Both the position numbers and the translations under genes were made by a program. From the NCBI GenBank assembly GCA_046596055.1, contig JBKJNH010000212.1, positions 1-39,762 on the forward strand: 39,762 nt of DNA, in the 5' to 3' direction. The notes under the pieces were generated by a model, which saw nothing but the letters and a program-made list of their open reading frames with translations, ran no database searches and was not told the origin of the DNA. This document shows, piece after piece, positions 35,935-39,762 of the stretch (positions within the stretch are counted from its first letter, which is position 1; every line of letters begins with the position of its first letter). Source of the stretch: Candidatus Eiseniibacteriota bacterium. GTDB lineage: Bacteria > Eisenbacteria > RBG-16-71-46 > DASYSL01.

Positions 35935-36338
35935 GGCCGCAGTGTAGCGATTCGAGGCGGGCTGTCCATCCGGACCGTCGACGCGGCGACGGCTGCTCAC
36001 GTTGCAGCGACGGTTTGATCGGGGCGGCGATCGGTTGCCGCGAGGGGCGTCGTTGCGAACGCGTTGAACGGCAAGCGTTCATCCGTGGCGTCTCCCTCGC
36101 TCGTCGAATCGGCACGGCCCTTGCCCTTCGGGCAAGGATACGGGCACGTCGCGCTCCCGCCCTGCGCCTCCTCGCGAGGCCCCTCCGGCCCCCGTACCGG
36201 TCACCCCCGGGCCCGCCGACCGGCGCGACGGCCCGTCCCGCGTCTTGACGCCTGCCGATCGCTCTGCGAGCTTACGCCCGGGCTGGGGAGTCCCTCCCGC
36301 ATCCTGCGGGGCCCGTGCGTACCCTCCGAGGAGCCACC

Positions 36339-36962
36339 ATGAAGCGCCTTGCTCTCGTTCTCGCCACGCTCTGCCTGTTCGCGGTTCCGGCCTCGGCCCA
36401 GGTGTTCGGCCAGCTCCACCCGGCGCACCCGTTGCGCAACGACAGCAACCTGTGGGGCGCGTACCTGCTCCTGGGCGATCGCGTCGACGACGTCGGGCTG
36501 CTCGGCCAGGTCCGCTTCGGCTCGAGCCCGTCCTTCGATTGGGGCCTGCAGTTCGGCTTCGTCGACGGCCCCGGCGACGGTGGAATCATCCTCGGCGCCG
36601 ACATCCGCCCCAGCATCAAGCGCGCGGATGGCGAGTTCCCGCTCGACCTGGCGTTCGACGGCGCGGTCGGGCTGACCATCGGCGACGGCTACACGCTGCT
36701 CGAGCTGCAGCCGGCGCTTCTGTACAGCCACCGCTTCGCGCTCGACGGCGGCGGCGCGCTGTCGCCTTACGGCTCGGTCGGCATGGACTTCCAGAACGCG
36801 AGCTACGACAACGCAGGCAATGGGAACGGCGATGACACCGAGGTCGACGTGATCGCCCGCTTCGGCCTCGAGTGGGAGGCGACGCGGACGTTCTCGGTCG
36901 TCGGGGAGTTTGGAGTCGGCAATCAGGACTCGTTCATCACGGGGATCAACGTCCTGTTCTAA
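36339..36962 (+). CDS. Putative small outer-membrane beta-barrel protein
   Basis: Signal peptide (ASA-Q), amphipathic beta strands, terminal Phe (GINVLF); SD GAGGAG. Confidence 0.7.
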   Translation: MKRLALVLATLCLFAVPASAQVFGQLHPAHPLRNDSNLWGAYLLLGDRVDDVGLLGQVRFGSSPSFDWGLQFGFVDGPGDGGIILGADIRPSIKRADGEFPLDLAFDGAVGLTIGDGYTLLELQPALLYSHRFALDGGGALSPYGSVGMDFQNASYDNAGNGNGDDTEVDVIARFGLEWEATRTFSVVGEFGVGNQDSFITGINVLF

Positions 36963-37170
36963 AGGGCTCCCGTCGATCGACGTTCATGGATGCACCACGG
37001 GGCGCGGCCTTTGGTCGGGCCCCGCTTCGTTGTGCACCGGTGGGCGAGGAGGGCCAAGTGCCGATGGCTCCCCGGCCTATCGGTCGGAACCCGATCCCGG
37101 ATCGAGAAAATGCCCCCAAAGGACTAGAAATACGTCGGTTAGACGATCTGTCGAAAGATGAAAATCGGCC

Positions 37171-37199
37171 TTGTGGGGGGCTGGACCGGGTGCTAGTTT
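37171..37199 (+). promoter_or_regulatory. Candidate dnaA promoter
   Basis: TTGTGG, 17 nt, extended -10 TGnTAGTTT. Confidence 0.45.
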
Positions 37200-37249
37200 G
37201 CCACGCCTTTCCGGAGTCGACTCACCGACCCGCTCCTGGACCTGGTTGG

Positions 37250-37550
37250 TCGCTCCCAACTGTTGATTCTGCAACACGTTCCATGCGGGCCTTCCCGACC
37301 GACCCGAGATCGGCCGCCGGGACCTTTTTCAGGGGCTCCGCGGTGTGGACAAGAAGTGGATAGCCGGGCAGGAGGATCCGGCAAAGTTTAGATACGACAA
37401 GGGGTTGGCGGGTTTTCTCCCACTGTGGACAACTCGCGCATGCTGCGCCCGCCCCTGGACCGCGCCCGCTTCGCAGGGCCAACAGACGCGGTTCTCCTCC
37501 GGTTTTGGGACCTGTGGATAACTTGGACGTCGCTTTTCACCACAAGGATC
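37250..37550. other. oriC part 1: DnaA-box cluster upstream of dnaA
   Basis: TGTGGACAA at 37344 and 37424, perfect TGTGGATAA at 37513, degenerate boxes at 37355 and 37536. Confidence 0.8.
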
Positions 37551-37556
37551 GTTCCG

Positions 37557-38960
37557 ATGGCCGTCGACCCCACCCCGGTACTTTGGGATCGCATCCTCGA
37601 TGAAGTGCAGCGCCGCCTGCCCACACTGCAGGCGTTCGACACCTGGTTCCAGCCCGTCCGCGCTCGCGTCGTCTCCGACGCGGCGCTCGAGCTCGAGGTG
37701 CCCAGCCTGTTCTTCATCGAGTGGATTCAACAGCACTACCTCGAACCCCTTGCCGAGAGCGCGTTCTCCGTCCTGGGCCGCGCGCCCTCGATCCGTTTCA
37801 CCGTCGCCCCCGAGCTGTCCGTCCTCCCCTCGACCCGGAGGCCGGCCGAGCGCGCACCCGAGCGCGAGCGGGCGCCCGAACTGTTTGCGACTCCCCCGCG
37901 GCCGGCCCCGTCCTCGGTGATCGCGCCGGAGGACGGCAGCGGCTTGATCGCGCGCTACACGTTCGACACGTTCGTCGTCGGCGGCTCGAACCAGATGAGC
38001 TATGCCGGCGCGGCCGGCGTCGCCGAGCGCCCCGGCCGGATGTACAACCCGTTCGTGATCTACGGCGGCGTGGGGCTGGGCAAGACGCACCTGTCGAACG
38101 CGATCGGGCACAGGGTCCGCGAGGACAACCCGAACGCGGTGATCTACTACATGTCGGCCGAGAAGTTCATGAACCAGATGATCGCCGCCATCCAGACGGG
38201 CACGACGCTGGCGTTCCGCGAGAAGTATCGCCGCGCCGACCTCCTGCTCATCGACGACATTCAGTTCCTCGCCACCAAGGACGCCACGCAGGAGGAGTTC
38301 TTCCACACCTTCAACGCGCTGTACGAGGCGCAGAAGCAGATCGTGCTCACCTGCGACAAGCCGCCGCGCGAGATCGACGGGCTCGAGGAGCGCCTGGTAT
38401 CGCGCTTCCACCAGGGCCTGGTCGTCGACGTCAAGCCGCCGGAGCTCGAGACGCGGGTCGCCATCCTGCAGAAGCGGGCCGCGGCTGATCGCTTCTACCT
38501 GCCGGGACCGATCGCCCTGCTCATCGCCAGCCACGTGAAGGGCAACGTGCGTGAGCTGGAGGGTTGCCTGCTGCGCCTCATCGCCTACACCTCGATCGCG
38601 CGCATGTCCGAGCCGACCGAGCAGATGGCGCAGGAGATCCTGAGCGAGTTCGTCCACGCCGAGTCGCTGTCGATCGAGCCCGAGACGATCGTGCACATCG
38701 TCGCCCAGCACTACGGGATCACGCGCGAGCAGCTCAAGGGCAAGCGCCGCACCGCCTCGGTCGCCCTGCCGCGACAGATGGCGATGTCCCTGATGCGTCG
38801 CCAGACCACGCTGTCGCTGTCCGAGATCGGCCGCTTCTTCGATCGCGATCACACGACCGTCATCCACGCCTGCGACAAGATCGAGCGCCTGAAGGTGACC
38901 GATCGCCAGATGCGCGACACCGTCGAGCGCCTCGCCGAGACGATCCAGAACGCTCGCTGA
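37557..38960 (+). CDS. dnaA: Chromosomal replication initiator DnaA
   Basis: YTFDTFVVG, YNPFVIYGGVGLGKTH, DDIQF, QEEFFHTFN, NVRELEG, RDHTTVIHA. Confidence 0.98.
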   Translation: MAVDPTPVLWDRILDEVQRRLPTLQAFDTWFQPVRARVVSDAALELEVPSLFFIEWIQQHYLEPLAESAFSVLGRAPSIRFTVAPELSVLPSTRRPAERAPERERAPELFATPPRPAPSSVIAPEDGSGLIARYTFDTFVVGGSNQMSYAGAAGVAERPGRMYNPFVIYGGVGLGKTHLSNAIGHRVREDNPNAVIYYMSAEKFMNQMIAAIQTGTTLAFREKYRRADLLLIDDIQFLATKDATQEEFFHTFNALYEAQKQIVLTCDKPPREIDGLEERLVSRFHQGLVVDVKPPELETRVAILQKRAAADRFYLPGPIALLIASHVKGNVRELEGCLLRLIAYTSIARMSEPTEQMAQEILSEFVHAESLSIEPETIVHIVAQHYGITREQLKGKRRTASVALPRQMAMSLMRRQTTLSLSEIGRFFDRDHTTVIHACDKIERLKVTDRQMRDTVERLAETIQNAR

Positions 38961-39240
38961 CGCGCCTCTACGGGCATCGGCGGGTGGGGACGACCGGTGG
39001 AGAATCGGGGGGCAACCGGGGTGCGGTTTCGGCCCCTTTGGGGACAACTCGAACCGGTGGACAACGGGTCCGGAATCATCCCGTGCCGGGAGCGCTCATC
39101 GAGGACGGAGTTTTAGCCCGTAACCCGCTGCGGAACAAGAGGTTAAAGTTCGCATTCCGAGGTTGTCCACATCCCCACCGTTTCTACTGGTTCTAGTTCT
39201 TTTAAGTACTTGAGAGAAAAGAGAATAAGAGATAGTCTGA
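38961..39240. other. oriC part 2: DnaA boxes, trio-like repeats and AT-rich unwinding element between dnaA and dnaN
   Basis: GGTGGACAA at about 39056 and TTGTCCACA at 39163-39171, followed by TTC TAC TGG TTC TAG TTC and a strongly AT-rich tract (39181-39236). Confidence 0.85.
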
Positions 39241-39361
39241 CGTCGATTTCCCAGCCTCCCGGTTCCGTGCGATCAGGGGGCTCGGAGACAGGGGGTCCAG
39301 GCCCCCTCCGGAGCCCCGCGTTCGTCCCTGAGGCGCCCCCCCGGGAAGAGGGAGAAGTCGA

Positions 39362-39762
39362 ATGGAATTCACCATCCAGCAGGCGGACCTGTCCTACGCG
39401 CTGTCGACGGCGCTGGCGTCGGTTCCCTCCAAGAGCACGATCCCGATTCTCTCGACGGTGCTGCTCGAAGCCGAAGGTTCGACGCTGCGCATCACGGGCA
39501 CCGATCTCGATCTCACGACGTCGATCACCGTGCCGGCAAAGATCAAGACGCCGGGGCGCGCCGCCGTGCAGGCTCGACACTTCGCCGACGCCGTGCGCAA
39601 GCTGCCGCGCGACGAGGTGAAGGTCGGGCAGGACGCGCAGAACCGCCTCTCGATCGAGTATGGGAAGGGCAAGGGTCGTTCGGCCGTGCCGCGCCAGGAC
39701 GACGCCCAGTTCCCCGCCGTGCCCACCGTCAAGGCCGAGCATCAGGTCACCGTCGACGGGCC
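39362..39762 (+). CDS. dnaN: DNA polymerase III beta sliding clamp, N-terminal part (runs off the window)
   Basis: Manual translation MEFTIQQADLSYALSTALASVPSKSTIPILSTVLLEAEGSTLRITGTDLD; directly after dnaA; absent from the ORF track because there is no stop codon. Confidence 0.95.
   Translation, partial: MEFTIQQADLSYALSTALASVPSKSTIPILSTVLLEAEGSTLRITGTDLDLTTSITVPAKIKTPGRAAVQARHFADAVRKLPRDEVKVGQDAQNRLSIEYGKGKGRSAVPRQDDAQFPAVPTVKAEHQVTVDG

Noticed and set aside
36015-36248. Arg-rich 77-aa ORF considered as rpmH (L34)
   Set aside because: It lacks the MKRT(F/Y)QP and HGFR.RM motifs; the Arg richness reflects GC bias.
37425-37556. Longer DnaA N-terminus from the ORF track
   Set aside because: It runs through DnaA boxes. 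The domain I Trp (LWDRIL) follows ATG 37557.

Overview
A very GC-rich bacterial chromosomal window that ends at the replication origin. A C-terminal FlgD-Ig-type sorting domain on a giant S8 protease and an outer-membrane beta-barrel suggest a diderm of the Eisenbacteria/Latescibacterota/Gemmatimonadota neighbourhood (inference only). Left to right: the glpK 3' end; small metabolic genes; an unusual NYN-ribonuclease fused to two RpsA-like S1 domains, preceded by a rod-like structured leader; a secreted tandem CBM-like protein coupled to a glycogen-debranching enzyme; a TSUP exporter; a five-gene CDP-sugar/GT2 operon; a Tet-type MFS preceded by a 19-codon remnant ORF; an approximately 1,880-aa modular subtilase; sod, an HDAC-family gene and csp; a complete phosphate island (phoB-phoR, an unexpected GSW-repeat protein, pstSCAB-phoU, DUF47 plus a frameshifted pit) with 11-bp-periodic PHO-box-like repeats; then a bipartite oriC flanking dnaA, and the start of dnaN. 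I saw no rRNA, tRNA, CRISPR array or mobile element. The best novelty candidates are the NYN-2xS1 RNase with its structured upstream RNA, the PHO-box-associated GSW-repeat protein, and several small translational or attenuation devices. All family calls come from motif recognition by eye; no searches were run.
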